A stretch of 64,000 bases of DNA from an uncultured delta proteobacterium (GTDB taxonomy: Bacteria > Desulfobacterota > RBG-13-43-22). Made by a program: the position numbers and the translations under genes. Location of the stretch: contig CAWJJC010000028.1 in assembly GCA_963843145.1 (NCBI GenBank), positions 512,001 through 576,000 on the forward strand, read 5' to 3'. Below, in pieces: positions 18,998 to 29,435 of the stretch (position 1 is the first letter of the stretch; every line of letters begins with the position of its first letter). Under the pieces are notes generated by a model. The model was not told the DNA's origin. It worked only from the letters and a program-made list of their open reading frames with translations, and did not search any database.

Positions 18998-19867
18998 TTG
19001 CCTGAGTGGCTGACAACCGTTTTGTTTCTCCTGGTTAATGGGCTCATCTGGGGGCTGATCATCGCCCTCATCGCCCTGGGTCTTTCCCTCATTTTTGGTG
19101 TCATGGGGATTGTCAATATGGCCCACGGGGACATCTATATGATCGGCGCGGTGATCGCCCTCACCCTGGCCCCTTACCTTGGGAATTTCTGGCTCGGTTT
19201 GTTGATTGCGCCCCTGATTGTTGCCGTGGTTGCCCTGCCGGTGGAGCGCTGGGTGCTCAGGCCTTATGAAGGCCATCATTCGGTGACTATGATCGCCACT
19301 ACCGGGATATCGTTCATTCTCCAGCAGGGTATCCTGGCCACTTATGGCGGCATCCCCAAGCAGATGGTCAATCCCTGGCCGGTTACCTTCAACCTCTTCG
19401 GCGTAGCGTATCAAGGGTACCGGCTTTTGATCGCCGTCCTATCGATTTTGATTCTGATGCTCCTCTGGTTTTTTCTTTATAAAACCTCTTACGGCATACT
19501 CATCAGGGCCTCCATCCAGGATCGGGATATGGCCAGCGCCATGGGGATAGACGTTAGCAAGGTGCTTATGACCACTTTCGTCCTGGGCAGTATTCTGGCC
19601 GCCATAGGCGGGGTCCTGGCCGCACCGGTGACCCAGGTCTTCTATCTCATGGGTAACGACGTGGTTCTGCTGGCCTTTATGGTAGTAATCATCGGCGGTC
19701 TAGGCAGTCTGGCCGGAACATTAGTGGCCGCCTTAGGCCTCTCGTCTTTGGAGGGGGTTATGTCTTCGGTATTGACCCCGATTCAGTCCAAGGCCGCTAT
19801 TTTGATCGTGATGGTTATCGTCCTGATGATCCGCCCCCGGGGTCTATTCGGGGAAAGGGAAGGGTGA
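18998..19867 (+). CDS. HAAT ABC permease (LivH-like)
   Basis: GLSLIFGVMGIVNMAHG, RPRGLFG. Confidence 0.92.
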   Translation: MPEWLTTVLFLLVNGLIWGLIIALIALGLSLIFGVMGIVNMAHGDIYMIGAVIALTLAPYLGNFWLGLLIAPLIVAVVALPVERWVLRPYEGHHSVTMIATTGISFILQQGILATYGGIPKQMVNPWPVTFNLFGVAYQGYRLLIAVLSILILMLLWFFLYKTSYGILIRASIQDRDMASAMGIDVSKVLMTTFVLGSILAAIGGVLAAPVTQVFYLMGNDVVLLAFMVVIIGGLGSLAGTLVAALGLSSLEGVMSSVLTPIQSKAAILIVMVIVLMIRPRGLFGEREG

Positions 19868-19874
19868 TCCGTCT

Positions 19875-20816
19875 ATGGAGAAACAGCCCTTTCTGTCCTT
19901 TTTTGCCCTAGGCTCCTTTTTGCTCCTGGTGTTCCTCGGGTTTATGCTCCCCAGCGGTGCCCGGTCGCTGGTCATCCAGATGATGATATTTTCCATCTTC
20001 GCCATGGGCTACGATTTCTCTTTCGGATTTACCAATCAGTGCAGTCTGGGACACTCCATTTTCTTCGGGGCCGGCGCCTATGGAGCGATCCTTTTCATCC
20101 TGAAATTTAAATGGGGCCTTATCCTTTCTCTGCTTGGCGGCCTGGCCATCGGTTTCCTCCTGGCCGTCATCCTGGGTTTGATCTGTGTGCGCCTGACGGA
20201 AGCCTATTTTGTCATTGTGACGGCCATCATCGCCTCGGTGTTTCATCTTCTGGCCATGGATCTGACCTGGCTGACCGGCGGTGACGACGGACTGACCGTG
20301 ACGGTACCGAAGATTTCTTTCGGTTTCACCGAGCTTTCCCTTTACCAGCCGGCGGTCAATTACTATTTTGTCCTTTTCTTTCTTATCCTGACTTATTTCA
20401 TCCTGAACAGAATGCTGAAGGCCCCGCTGGGGAAAATTTTTGTTTCCATCCGGGAGAATGAGAAAAGGGCCAATTTTTTGGGTTATAATGTCTTTGGCTA
20501 CAAGCTCATTGCCTTCGTCGTCTCCGGGGTCTTCGGGGCCCTGGGAGGGGGCTTGTATGCCTTGACCCTTCGGTATGCCTCGGCGGATTATTTCAGTTTT
20601 TACTGGTCTATTTTACCCATCGTCTGGTGCCTGGTCGGAGGACTCGGGACCCTGGTGGGCTGCTGGATAGGGGTTATGCTCCTGTCCCTTTTCCAGTATT
20701 ACGTCAGTGCCTGGTTTACCTACTACCTCCTGGTCTTCGGCGTCTTCATTCTGGTTATCCTCAGGGTCTCGAGAAAAGGGATACTGGGCTATTTATTAGA
20801 TTTAAGGAGCCGTTGA
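19875..20816 (+). CDS. HAAT ABC permease (LivM-like)
   Basis: TGGDDG, IRENEKRANFLGY. Confidence 0.92.
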   Translation: MEKQPFLSFFALGSFLLLVFLGFMLPSGARSLVIQMMIFSIFAMGYDFSFGFTNQCSLGHSIFFGAGAYGAILFILKFKWGLILSLLGGLAIGFLLAVILGLICVRLTEAYFVIVTAIIASVFHLLAMDLTWLTGGDDGLTVTVPKISFGFTELSLYQPAVNYYFVLFFLILTYFILNRMLKAPLGKIFVSIRENEKRANFLGYNVFGYKLIAFVVSGVFGALGGGLYALTLRYASADYFSFYWSILPIVWCLVGGLGTLVGCWIGVMLLSLFQYYVSAWFTYYLLVFGVFILVILRVSRKGILGYLLDLRSR

Positions 20817-20822
20817 GCGTTC

Positions 20823-21584
20823 ATGGAACCCAATGAACCACTCCTGGAAGTCAAAGGGGTATCGAAACATTTCGGCGGCCTGACCGCTGTCGATAACGTG
20901 ACCTTGCGGATTGGAAGCAATGAGATCCGGGGGATTATCGGACCGAACGGCGCCGGGAAGACCACTTTTTTTAACGTCATTACCGGAGATTTACATCCCA
21001 GTTCGGGGAAAATAGTACTGAACGGCAAAGATGTTACCGGGTTTCCTCCCCATAAAATCTGCCGGAGGGGGATGAGCCGGACCTTTCAATTAACCTTTGT
21101 TTTTCCGGAGATGTCGGTCTACGATTGTATCTGGGTGGGCCTTTATTCCAGGAAAATAAGACCCTGGAACCTGTTCTTTTCCCGCATCGACCGCAAAGGG
21201 GAGCAGGCTGAGAAAACGGAAGAAATTTGCCGGCTGGTGGGACTTGAAAACAAGATCCAAGAATCGGCTTCAAATTTGTCTTACGGAGACCAGAAGGTCC
21301 TGGAGATCGCCATGGCCTTGAGCACCGACCCCCTGATTCTTCTTCTGGATGAGCCGACCCAGGGCGTGGGCCCCAAGGAGGCCGACGATCTGGTTGCATT
21401 GATTGGCCGTCTTTCAGAAAAGATGTCCATAGTACTCATCGAACACAATATCGATATCATTATGCGTATCTGTCACACCCTGACGGTTTTCAGTTTTGGA
21501 AAAGTGATCGCCGAGGGCTCCTGTAAAGAAATAGCCGGGAATGAGGAGGTCCAGCGGATCTATCTGGGGGAAGAAACGTTGTGA
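20823..21584 (+). CDS. HAAT ABC ATP-binding protein (LivG-like)
   Basis: GPNGAGKTT, RTFQ, LSYGDQK. Confidence 0.92.
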   Translation: MEPNEPLLEVKGVSKHFGGLTAVDNVTLRIGSNEIRGIIGPNGAGKTTFFNVITGDLHPSSGKIVLNGKDVTGFPPHKICRRGMSRTFQLTFVFPEMSVYDCIWVGLYSRKIRPWNLFFSRIDRKGEQAEKTEEICRLVGLENKIQESASNLSYGDQKVLEIAMALSTDPLILLLDEPTQGVGPKEADDLVALIGRLSEKMSIVLIEHNIDIIMRICHTLTVFSFGKVIAEGSCKEIAGNEEVQRIYLGEETL

Positions 21585-22285
21585 GCTTGTTAAAGCTGGA
21601 AGACATTCATACCTATTATGACAAAAGCCACATTCTTCAGGGGGTTTCCCTGGAAGTCGGAAGAGGGGAGATCGTCGCCCTTTTAGGGAGGAACGGGGTG
21701 GGCAAAACCACGACCCTCAACAGCATCATGGGATTCATCAAACCGAGGGCCGGGCGGATCATTTTTAAAGATCAGGAGATCACGCCCCTGAAGACCTTCA
21801 GGATAGGAAGAATGGGTTTAGGCTACGTGCCCCAGGGAAGGCATCTATTTTCTAAAATGACGGTCTTGGAAAATTTGAAAACCGGCCTGATCGGGAAATC
21901 CGCTCAAAATAGCCTGGACCGGGTCTTCGATCTTTTCCCTAACCTCAAAGACCGGTTGAACCGGACGGCCGGTTCCCTGAGCGGCGGGGAACAACAGGCC
22001 GTGGCTATCTCCCGGGCCATTTTGAAAGATCCCGATGTCCTGATGCTGGACGAGCCGACCACCGGCCTGATGCCCTTGTTTGTATCCAGCCTCAGGGATA
22101 TAATCAAAACATTAAATAAAGACGGTATGGCCATACTCCTGGTCGAAGAAAGGGTTCCTTTTGTTTTGTCATTGGCGGACCGGGTCTATTTCATGGTCAA
22201 GGGTAAAGTCGATCATAGCGCCAACAGAGAGGAATTGGCGGGCCGGAAGGACATCCTGGTCCATTATCTTGGAATTGAGGCGTAA
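21581..22285 (+). CDS. HAAT ABC ATP-binding protein (LivF-like)
   Basis: GRNGVGKTT, LSGGEQQ. Confidence 0.92.
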   Translation: MSLLKLEDIHTYYDKSHILQGVSLEVGRGEIVALLGRNGVGKTTTLNSIMGFIKPRAGRIIFKDQEITPLKTFRIGRMGLGYVPQGRHLFSKMTVLENLKTGLIGKSAQNSLDRVFDLFPNLKDRLNRTAGSLSGGEQQAVAISRAILKDPDVLMLDEPTTGLMPLFVSSLRDIIKTLNKDGMAILLVEERVPFVLSLADRVYFMVKGKVDHSANREELAGRKDILVHYLGIEA

Positions 22286-22291
22286 CTATAA

Positions 22292-22762
22292 ATGGAACTC
22301 ACCTTTATTTTGAATGATCGACCGGTCACCGTTGAATGCTTCGGAAGTGAGACCTTGTTGTCGGTTTTGCGGGACCATTTTGGATTGTTAGGGGTCAAGG
22401 AAGGCTGCGGCGTGGGGGAATGCGGGGCCTGCACGGTACTCTTGGACGACCGGGCGGTGAACGCCTGCCTGGTGGCCGCCGGCAAGGTCAGGGGCCGCCG
22501 GGTGACCACCATTGAGGGATTGATCCGGGGAGAGACGTTGCACCCTCTCCAGGAAGGGTTTCTTAAGATGGGCGCCGTTCAGTGCGGGTTTTGCACCCCG
22601 GGCCTGATTCTGGCCGCTTATTCCTTCTTGAAGGAAAACCCGAATCCCTCCCGCCGGGAAATCGTGGAAGGGTTATCCGGAAACCTCTGCCGCTGTACCG
22701 GCTACCACGATATTATTCGGGCGGTGAAATGGGCGGCCAAGCGAATGCAGGCCTTGACATGA
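22292..22762 (+). CDS. ndhS: xanthine-dehydrogenase-family 2x[2Fe-2S] subunit (nicotinate dehydrogenase NdhS-like)
   Basis: GCGVGECGAC, QCGFCTPG, GNLCRCTGY; nicotinate context. Confidence 0.85.
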   Translation: MELTFILNDRPVTVECFGSETLLSVLRDHFGLLGVKEGCGVGECGACTVLLDDRAVNACLVAAGKVRGRRVTTIEGLIRGETLHPLQEGFLKMGAVQCGFCTPGLILAAYSFLKENPNPSRREIVEGLSGNLCRCTGYHDIIRAVKWAAKRMQALT

Positions 22763-23637
22763 AAGCCCAATACCAGTCGGCCCGATCCCTGGATGAGGCC
22801 CTGGATCACCTGGAACGCTACGGTGAAGGGACCCGGATACTGGCCGGGGGGACCGACCTGATGATCGCCCTGCGGTCCGCCTATCGGGAAGGAAAGGCCC
22901 CGCCGGCCTTTCTGCTGGATGTAAGCGAGCTTCCGGATTGCCGGACGATTCAATTCGAGGGGGAGAGGTTGATCCTGGGGTCGGCGGTACCCTTTCAGAC
23001 ACTGGAGAACGACTCGACCGTAAGACAATTCCTGCCTCTACTGGCCGCGGCTGCGGCCCAGATGGGTTCGGTCCAAGTCCGGCGTCTGGCCACCATCGGG
23101 GGCAACGTGGGCACGGCCTCTCCGGCCGGGGACGGGATTACCCCGTTGGTCGCCCTGGGCGCGGAGGTTCAAATCGTTTCCAGCAATAAAACCCGGACCG
23201 TGGCCCTGACCGATCTGATCACCGGACCGGGGCGGACGGGTTTGGAACCCGAAGAATTGATCCATTCCTTTACTTTAAAAATGCCGGAGCAGCCCAGGCA
23301 TTTTTTTTTCCACAAGATCATGCGCCGCCAGGCCGTGGCCATCGCCCGGATGAATCTGGCGGTTCAATTGGCCCTGGAGCCGACCGGAAGAATTGCCTCT
23401 GCCCGGTTGTCGGCCGGGGCGGTATTCCCGACGCCCCGACGGTTGAATGAAGTGGAAGAGAGTCTTGTCGGACAGGTACCTGAAAAAAAACTGTTTGAGG
23501 AAGCCGGCAGAACGGCGGCCAAGGTCATGCTTCAGGTGAGCAGCCGAAGGCCCTCCATGGCTTATAAGGAGCCGGCTTTGGAAAGGCTCGTGGCCTGGGG
23601 GCTGGGAGAGGCCTGCGGGGGTACCCGAGAAATATGA
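22759..23637 (+). CDS. ndhF: xanthine-dehydrogenase-family FAD subunit (NdhF-like)
   Basis: LAGGTDL, ATIGGNVGTASPAGD; ATG 22759 overlaps ndhS stop. Confidence 0.82.
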   Translation: MKAQYQSARSLDEALDHLERYGEGTRILAGGTDLMIALRSAYREGKAPPAFLLDVSELPDCRTIQFEGERLILGSAVPFQTLENDSTVRQFLPLLAAAAAQMGSVQVRRLATIGGNVGTASPAGDGITPLVALGAEVQIVSSNKTRTVALTDLITGPGRTGLEPEELIHSFTLKMPEQPRHFFFHKIMRRQAVAIARMNLAVQLALEPTGRIASARLSAGAVFPTPRRLNEVEESLVGQVPEKKLFEEAGRTAAKVMLQVSSRRPSMAYKEPALERLVAWGLGEACGGTREI

Positions 23638-23653
23638 AGATATTCGGATGGCT

Positions 23654-23813
23654 CAAATTCGAAATCCGAAAATCGAAATCCGAAACAAATTCAAATGACC
23701 CAATTTCAAAATTCAAAACATTCATGGTTAGGAGTTGGGAAGATTAGGTGTTTCGATCATTTGGATTTTTGACATTCGTGCTTGTTTCGGATTTCGTGCT
23801 TCGAATTTCTAAT
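23654..23813. repeat. 7-nt-period palindromic element (CGAAATT family)
   Basis: CAAATTCGAAATCCGAAAATCGAAATCCGAAAC ... GTTTCGGATTTCGTGCTTCGAATTT. Confidence 0.85.
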
Positions 23814-23838
23814 TTAAAGATTTACTTATTAAATTAGT

Positions 23839-26112
23839 ATGGGTGAGAAAATCTTCAGCGAAAATCCCATTCGAATAGGCGCCAGAGAAAAGGTCCTAGG
23901 GACTGCCTTGTTCGGCGTTGACCAGGGAAGGCCCGGGGATCTGTTTCTGCTCCTCTTGCGGGCCTACCAGGCTCCTTCGCGAATCAGCCGGCTGGAGGTG
24001 GAAGAGGCTCATAAGATCCCGGGTGTCGTTCGCGTATTTACCGCCGCCGATGTGCCCGGAATCAACCGCATCGGGATTATCCCCTCCACCAAGGACCAGC
24101 CCGTTTTGGCGGAAGGGATCATCCGCTATCGCGGAGAACCGGTGGCCCTGGTGGCCGCGGAGAGCGAAGCGGCGGGGCTGGAGGCTCTGAAAGTCATCCG
24201 GCTGGAGCTGGATCCGCTGCCGGGTGTCTTTAACCCGTGGGAGGCCCTGGAAACGGAGGCCCCGCCGGTCCAGGAGAAAGGGAACCTGCTCTTTCAACAA
24301 CAGGTCGTCAAAGGGGATGCGGAGGAGGCCCTGGCCAAATCCGCCTTTCGACTTCGAAACACCTACAGCACTTCCCCGCTGGAACACGGACCCCTGGAAG
24401 TGGAGGGAGGCCGTGGCGAGTGGCGGGACGGAAAGATTGTCATTCAGGCCTGCACCCAGAACCCTCATTATGATCAGAGCGACCTGGCTCGATTGCTGGG
24501 GTTGCCCCTGGAAATGATCCGGATGGTCCAGGCCGAGACCGGGGGCGGGTTTGGCAAGAAACTGGACCTGAGCGTTCAATCCTATCTGGCCCTGGCCGCC
24601 TATCATTTGAAGCGGCCGGTGCGGATGGCCTATACCCGCGAGGAATCCTTCATCGGAACAGCCAAGCGTCACGCCCTGTTCATCGATTACGAAAGCGGGA
24701 TGGATGCCCAGGGGAAACTCATGGCCGTCAAAGTGGACATCCTGGGCGACACCGGGGCCTATGCCTCGTATGGTTTTGCCGTCTGCATGCGGGCGGCGGT
24801 CCACGCCACCGGCCCCTACGATGTCCCCCACGTGCGGGTAAACAGCCGTATGGTTTACACCCACAATTCCTGGGCCGGCGCTATGCGAGGCTTCGGGGTT
24901 CCCCAGATCGCCTTGGCTCATGAAGGACAGATGGACGGGTTGGCGGAGCGAATTGGCATGGATCCCCTGGAGTTTCGCCTGCGCAACTGTCTCCGGCCGG
25001 GATCCACGACGGCCACCGGCCATTTGCTGCGGGACGGTGTGGGGATCGAAACCTGCCTCCGGAGATTAGGCAAAATCTATGGGGCCTGGAACCGGCGGGT
25101 GGGTTCCGATGAGCGGACCCTCCGGGCCATCGGGCTGGGGGCCATGTTTTACGGCATAGGCAATACCGGCGTCTCCAACCCTTCGTCCGCGCAACTGGAA
25201 CTTTCCCCCCAGGGGCATTTGACGCTCTTTACCGGGGCGGCCGAAATCGGTCAGGGATCGGATACCGTGCTCGCCCAGATGGCGGCTCACTACTTCGGTC
25301 TGCCCCTGGAAGAGGTCCGGCTGGTGCGGGGGGATACGGGGCGGACCACCTCCGCCGGTGCCAGCTCGGCCAGCCGCCAAACCTACATTTCCGGAAATGC
25401 CGTGTTGGATGCGGCCCGGGATCTGGAGCGAATTTTAAAAGAAGAAGCGGCGGGCCTCTGGCGATGCCGGGCCGCGGAAATCGAAAGGAAGGGCCTTGAA
25501 ATGGTGGGCCCGGAGGGAAAGCGCCTTCCCCTAACCGAAATCGTCTCCCGTTTGGCCCGGCAGGGCCATGAGGCCAAAGGCCAAGGACACTTTGATCCGC
25601 CCGTGACCGTCCTGGACCACCAGACCGGCCAGGGGGAACCTTATGCCAGCTACGCCTTTGCCGCTCAACTGGCCTGGGTGGAGGTGGACACGGTTTCCGG
25701 ATTGGTCCGGGTCCCCCGGGTAGCGGCCGCCCACGACGTGGGCCGGGCCATTCACCGGCGGGCCGTGCACGGCCAAATCACCGGAGGGGTGGTGATGGGG
25801 GTGGGCATGGCCACCATGGAAGAATTCATCTCTCGAAAAACCGACAATTTTCGCGAGTATCATCTGCCAACCATGGCCGATGCCCCGCGGATCACCCCTA
25901 TTATTGTTGAATCCCACGATCCCAGCGGACCCTATGGGGCGAAGGGCGTGGGCGAACCTTCCCTGATTCCCACGGCACCGGCCATCGCCAACGGCGCTTC
26001 CCGGGCACTGGGGGTGCGGATGACTCATTTGCCGCTGAGTCTGGAAAGGGTGATGGAAGCGTTACAGCAAACTCGAAATTCGAAATCCGAAATTCGAAAC
26101 AAATCCGAATGA
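23839..26112 (+). CDS. molybdopterin subunit, nicotinate dehydrogenase-like (NdhL+NdhM as one chain)
   Basis: GGGFGKK, GAMRGFGVPQ, GIGNTG, ASSASRQT, GAKGVGEP; directly upstream of hnr. Confidence 0.85.
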   Translation: MGEKIFSENPIRIGAREKVLGTALFGVDQGRPGDLFLLLLRAYQAPSRISRLEVEEAHKIPGVVRVFTAADVPGINRIGIIPSTKDQPVLAEGIIRYRGEPVALVAAESEAAGLEALKVIRLELDPLPGVFNPWEALETEAPPVQEKGNLLFQQQVVKGDAEEALAKSAFRLRNTYSTSPLEHGPLEVEGGRGEWRDGKIVIQACTQNPHYDQSDLARLLGLPLEMIRMVQAETGGGFGKKLDLSVQSYLALAAYHLKRPVRMAYTREESFIGTAKRHALFIDYESGMDAQGKLMAVKVDILGDTGAYASYGFAVCMRAAVHATGPYDVPHVRVNSRMVYTHNSWAGAMRGFGVPQIALAHEGQMDGLAERIGMDPLEFRLRNCLRPGSTTATGHLLRDGVGIETCLRRLGKIYGAWNRRVGSDERTLRAIGLGAMFYGIGNTGVSNPSSAQLELSPQGHLTLFTGAAEIGQGSDTVLAQMAAHYFGLPLEEVRLVRGDTGRTTSAGASSASRQTYISGNAVLDAARDLERILKEEAAGLWRCRAAEIERKGLEMVGPEGKRLPLTEIVSRLARQGHEAKGQGHFDPPVTVLDHQTGQGEPYASYAFAAQLAWVEVDTVSGLVRVPRVAAAHDVGRAIHRRAVHGQITGGVVMGVGMATMEEFISRKTDNFREYHLPTMADAPRITPIIVESHDPSGPYGAKGVGEPSLIPTAPAIANGASRALGVRMTHLPLSLERVMEALQQTRNSKSEIRNKSE

Positions 26113-26357
26113 CCGAAAATAAAATTTAAAAAGGGGTCGATTTCGAGTAATGGTAAAAATTGGTCATTGCGAAGCTAAGCAATCCCCCATCTTCGGCCCC
26201 TGGCGGTGGGGGGGATTACTTCGTCCTTTCGGTCCTCGCAATGACAGCATGGGGGCTATTCAAGAATATCTTAAAATTAGAAGGGTTTTTGTTTTGATAA
26301 TTTGGGTTTTATAAATTTGAATTTGTTTCGGATTTCGGATTTCGAGTTTCGAATTTG
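26068..26357. repeat. CGAAATT-family element with a GTCATTGCGA REP dimer (26163-26245) nested inside
   Basis: Left arm overlaps end of Mo subunit gene, right arm GTTTCGGATTTCGGATTTCGAGTTTCGAATTT; inner GTCATTGCGA...TCGCAATGAC. Confidence 0.8.
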
Positions 26358-26364
26358 AGGTTCC

Positions 26365-27912
26365 ATGATGTGGATCGATCCCGATAAATGCAATGCCTGT
26401 GGACTCTGTGTGAAGGACTGCCCACTGGAGGTCATCGATTGGTTCGAGGACAAGGCCCGGGTGGGGGAAGGGTGCGTGGAATGCCGCACCTGTTTCCGGG
26501 TTTGTCCGAAACAGGCGGTGGTGGAAATCGGGGAAGAAATCCCCGACGCGATCGTCTGTACGGCCTGCCCGGTGAATTGCCGTATCTCCCCGGAACGGTA
26601 CGGGGCCTGCCGGCGTTTTATAAATAAGGACGGCGAACTTTTGCGGGACCGGCCCCTGGTAATGTACGAAGAGGTCAAGCCTGACCTTCTTCCTCCCCCG
26701 TCAGCGCTTATTCGGGAACCGTTGATTACGGCCATCGGGGCCGGGACCACCTATCCGGATCACTTCCCGGCGCCCTACATCGTGAGCGGGCCGAGGGACG
26801 GCGTTGATGTGGTCACCGTGGTGACGGAAGCCCCCCTCTCCTATTCGGGAATAAAAATCAAAGTGGACACCGACGTGCCCATCGGGGGGGAGGGCGCTGA
26901 AATCCGTTTTGACGGGCGGCCGGTGGGCATGGTGGAGACCGAGGAGTACGGCTCCAAGATTTTGGCCGTCGGCGGGGTGAACCGGCTGACCGGGAAATAC
27001 GGCTTTGCCGTGGCCCGGGCCGTTGCGGCCTTGGCCAACCGCCGGGCTGTGGAGCTTTCCATCAAGAAGGGCGCCCGCCTGACCGTGCAGGTCGGACGGC
27101 CCCCGATCATCGATGGGAAGTCTCAAAATCGGATGCGGGTGGGCTGCGGCTCAGCCACGGCCGGTCTCTTCGCGCCTTTCTTTAAAAAAGCGGCCGATGA
27201 GGTGATCGTCCTGGACTCCCATATCACTTCTCTTTTCAGCCACCACGCCTCCGGGAGGGCGGTGGGTATGAAGCCTTCCGGACTCCGACTGGGTTTTTCC
27301 CTTTCCACCCCGGGTCGATATTTCGGGGAGAAAGGCGGCGGTTGGGGAGGGACCCCGATTACGAATCCCCTGGAGATCATCGCCTCGATGGACCCGGAGA
27401 GGACCCCGGCTGGAACCCGGCTGTTGATCACCGAAACCACCGGAGAAAAAGCGGCCTATTTTGTGTTCCGCCCTGGGGAGGGGTTCATAGAAACGGAACT
27501 GCCGCCGGAGGCCCTGGAAGCCGTGACGGCGATACGGGAAACCTGCCAGCCGTCCCGGGTTTCGGCCCTGTACGTGGGCGGCGCCGGGGGCTCGGCCCGG
27601 GCCGGCGTGACCCGCTACCCGCTGAAGCTGACCCGGGCGGTGCACGAAAACAAAGCCGTACTGACCGTGGGCGGCGCGCCGGTCTTCGTGCTGCCGGGGG
27701 GCGGGATTACTTTTTATGTGGACGTAGAGCAGGTCCAGACCGGGGCCTTCTCCTGGACCCCGACACCGGCCATCATCGCGCCCATCGAATACACCATGCT
27801 CCTCAAGGATTATGAGGCCATGGGGGGGCATGTGGAGGCGGTCAAGCCTTTTACCAGCGTCAGGGGAGCGGTGTTCAGACAGAAAGGATTGAGGATCAAA
27901 GATCAAGGATAA
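26365..27912 (+). CDS. hnr: 6-hydroxynicotinate reductase
   Basis: N-terminal 2x[4Fe-4S] ferredoxin, CTACPVNC, VTVVTEAPLSYSG, TEEYGSK, GCGSAT, GGSARAGV, PGGGI recalled from E. barkeri Hnr. Confidence 0.92.
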   Translation: MMWIDPDKCNACGLCVKDCPLEVIDWFEDKARVGEGCVECRTCFRVCPKQAVVEIGEEIPDAIVCTACPVNCRISPERYGACRRFINKDGELLRDRPLVMYEEVKPDLLPPPSALIREPLITAIGAGTTYPDHFPAPYIVSGPRDGVDVVTVVTEAPLSYSGIKIKVDTDVPIGGEGAEIRFDGRPVGMVETEEYGSKILAVGGVNRLTGKYGFAVARAVAALANRRAVELSIKKGARLTVQVGRPPIIDGKSQNRMRVGCGSATAGLFAPFFKKAADEVIVLDSHITSLFSHHASGRAVGMKPSGLRLGFSLSTPGRYFGEKGGGWGGTPITNPLEIIASMDPERTPAGTRLLITETTGEKAAYFVFRPGEGFIETELPPEALEAVTAIRETCQPSRVSALYVGGAGGSARAGVTRYPLKLTRAVHENKAVLTVGGAPVFVLPGGGITFYVDVEQVQTGAFSWTPTPAIIAPIEYTMLLKDYEAMGGHVEAVKPFTSVRGAVFRQKGLRIKDQG

Positions 27913-27945
27913 AGCGAAAGATTTTGTGGTGGAAAAAAGTTCTAT

Positions 27946-28052
27946 AGGTCGTCATTGCGAGGAGTGAAACGACAAAGCAATCCCCTGGAATCAGCTAGTT
28001 GCACAGGAAGATTGCTTCCCCCGGATCAAGTCCGGGGTCGCAATGACGACCT
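27946..28052. repeat. CGTC-type REP dimer
   Basis: Perfect 15-bp inverted ends AGGTCGTCATTGCGA / TCGCAATGACGACCT. Confidence 0.85.
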
Positions 28053-28108
28053 TTTGCGTCTGTCCCATTCCACATACTCTTTTCTGTGCTGATGGAATAA
28101 TGTTTCTT

Positions 28109-28525
28109 ATGGACTCTCGCATCCCACAGGTTGGCGTCGGTGTAATCGTTATCCGTGAGGGTCTCGTTCTCCTGGGCAAGAGAATCGGCTCACTCGGGGC
28201 AGGCACGTGGGCCTTGCCGGGCGGTCATTTGGAGTTCGGCGAGTCCATCGAAGACTGTGCCTCGCGAGAGGTGCTGGAAGAAACCGGGCTCGCGGTTCAA
28301 TCGATCGTTCTTGGTCCATACACTAACAATTTTTTCGCCTCTGAAGGGAAGCACTACGTCACTCTATTTGTCACTGCCTGCTGCCTGACCGGAGAGCCGC
28401 TGGTACTCGAGCCGAACAAGTGCTCCTCGTGGCGATGGTTTCGGTGGTCAGACCTTCCGCATCCTCTGTTTCCGCCGCTGGCTTCGTTGGTACGCTCGGG
28501 CTATGTGCCACACGATGCGCCTTAA
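28109..28525 (+). CDS. NUDIX hydrolase (NUDT15/MutT-like)
   Basis: Nudix box GGHLEFGESIEDCASREVLEETG, HYVTLF, EPNKC. Confidence 0.92.
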   Translation: MDSRIPQVGVGVIVIREGLVLLGKRIGSLGAGTWALPGGHLEFGESIEDCASREVLEETGLAVQSIVLGPYTNNFFASEGKHYVTLFVTACCLTGEPLVLEPNKCSSWRWFRWSDLPHPLFPPLASLVRSGYVPHDAP

Positions 28526-28544
28526 CCTGGCGCTGGTGAAGATG

Positions 28545-28867
28545 CAAAAGGCCGCGCTACGTGGAGACGGAGCTACCGCCGGAGGCCCGGGCCGGGCCGG
28601 CGTGATCCGCTACCCGCTGACGCTGACCCGGGCGGTCCATGAGAACAAAGCCGTGCTGACCCTAGGTGGCGCGACGGTCTTCGTGCTGCCGGGAGGCGGG
28701 ATTCCTTTTTATGTGGACGTGGAACAGGTCCAGGCCGGTGCCTTCTCCTGGACGCCCACACCGGCCAAATGCTGCTCAGGGATTACGAGGAAATGGGGGG
28801 GCACGTGGAGGCAGTTAGGCCGTTTACGAGTGTCAAGGGGACGGTGTTCACGCAGAAAAGAATAAAG
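28545..28867 (+). pseudogene. degenerate second copy of hnr 3' end
   Basis: VETELPPEA, RAGVIRYPLTLTRAVHENKAVLT...FSWTPTP match hnr about 27490-27895, with internal deletions. Confidence 0.88.
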
Positions 28868-28931
28868 GTTAATAAGGGATGAAGCCTTTCTCCTCCTTCC
28901 CGTTTAATCCGGTTCCCAATAAGCAATTTCC

Positions 28932-29435
28932 TTGCGGATGGAACAATGCGTCAACCCCTGCCCTGATCAAACCGCATCATCGGGCGGTGTTGCCTATGCC
29001 GCTTGGGTGTGGCTGCAGATGGAGGCGACTGGCGACACCACAAAGGCGCACGAGCGAGTCGGAAGACTTACTATGGGCAGTCGTTCGCCCACTGAACTTC
29101 CCTGGGGCGCCCCGGCCACCCTGCTCTCGATCAACGTGATGGACTTCATAGATAAGATGGGTGAGAGCGGCAGACCCGGCGCGAGGGCTGACTATGAATT
29201 CCTTTGCGAATCATGTCACCCTTCCTTTCTCCAATTGGCCTACTGGATCATCACAAATATCTCGGCTGCTGATTCAATCAACCCCCTCCTTGAAAAGCGC
29301 ATGGTTGCCCAATTCGATAGAATAGTTTCGTTGCTGGAGGATACATTTGTTTTTGTCCGCTCCAATTCGGACGAGTTGCTGGACACAATTCTGCCGATTG
29401 TCGAGCAAGAGAGCGCCGTTCAAGAAGATCCCTGA
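28932..29435 (+). CDS. hypothetical protein (possibly 5'-truncated fragment)
   Basis: Open frame with atypical codon usage; no family recognised. Confidence 0.4.
   Translation: MRMEQCVNPCPDQTASSGGVAYAAWVWLQMEATGDTTKAHERVGRLTMGSRSPTELPWGAPATLLSINVMDFIDKMGESGRPGARADYEFLCESCHPSFLQLAYWIITNISAADSINPLLEKRMVAQFDRIVSLLEDTFVFVRSNSDELLDTILPIVEQESAVQEDP

Noticed and set aside
23896-25023. Long antisense ORFs (e.g. 375 aa here, 348 aa at 33297, 323 aa at 36378)
   Set aside because: Shadows of GC-rich genes on the opposite strand; no motifs
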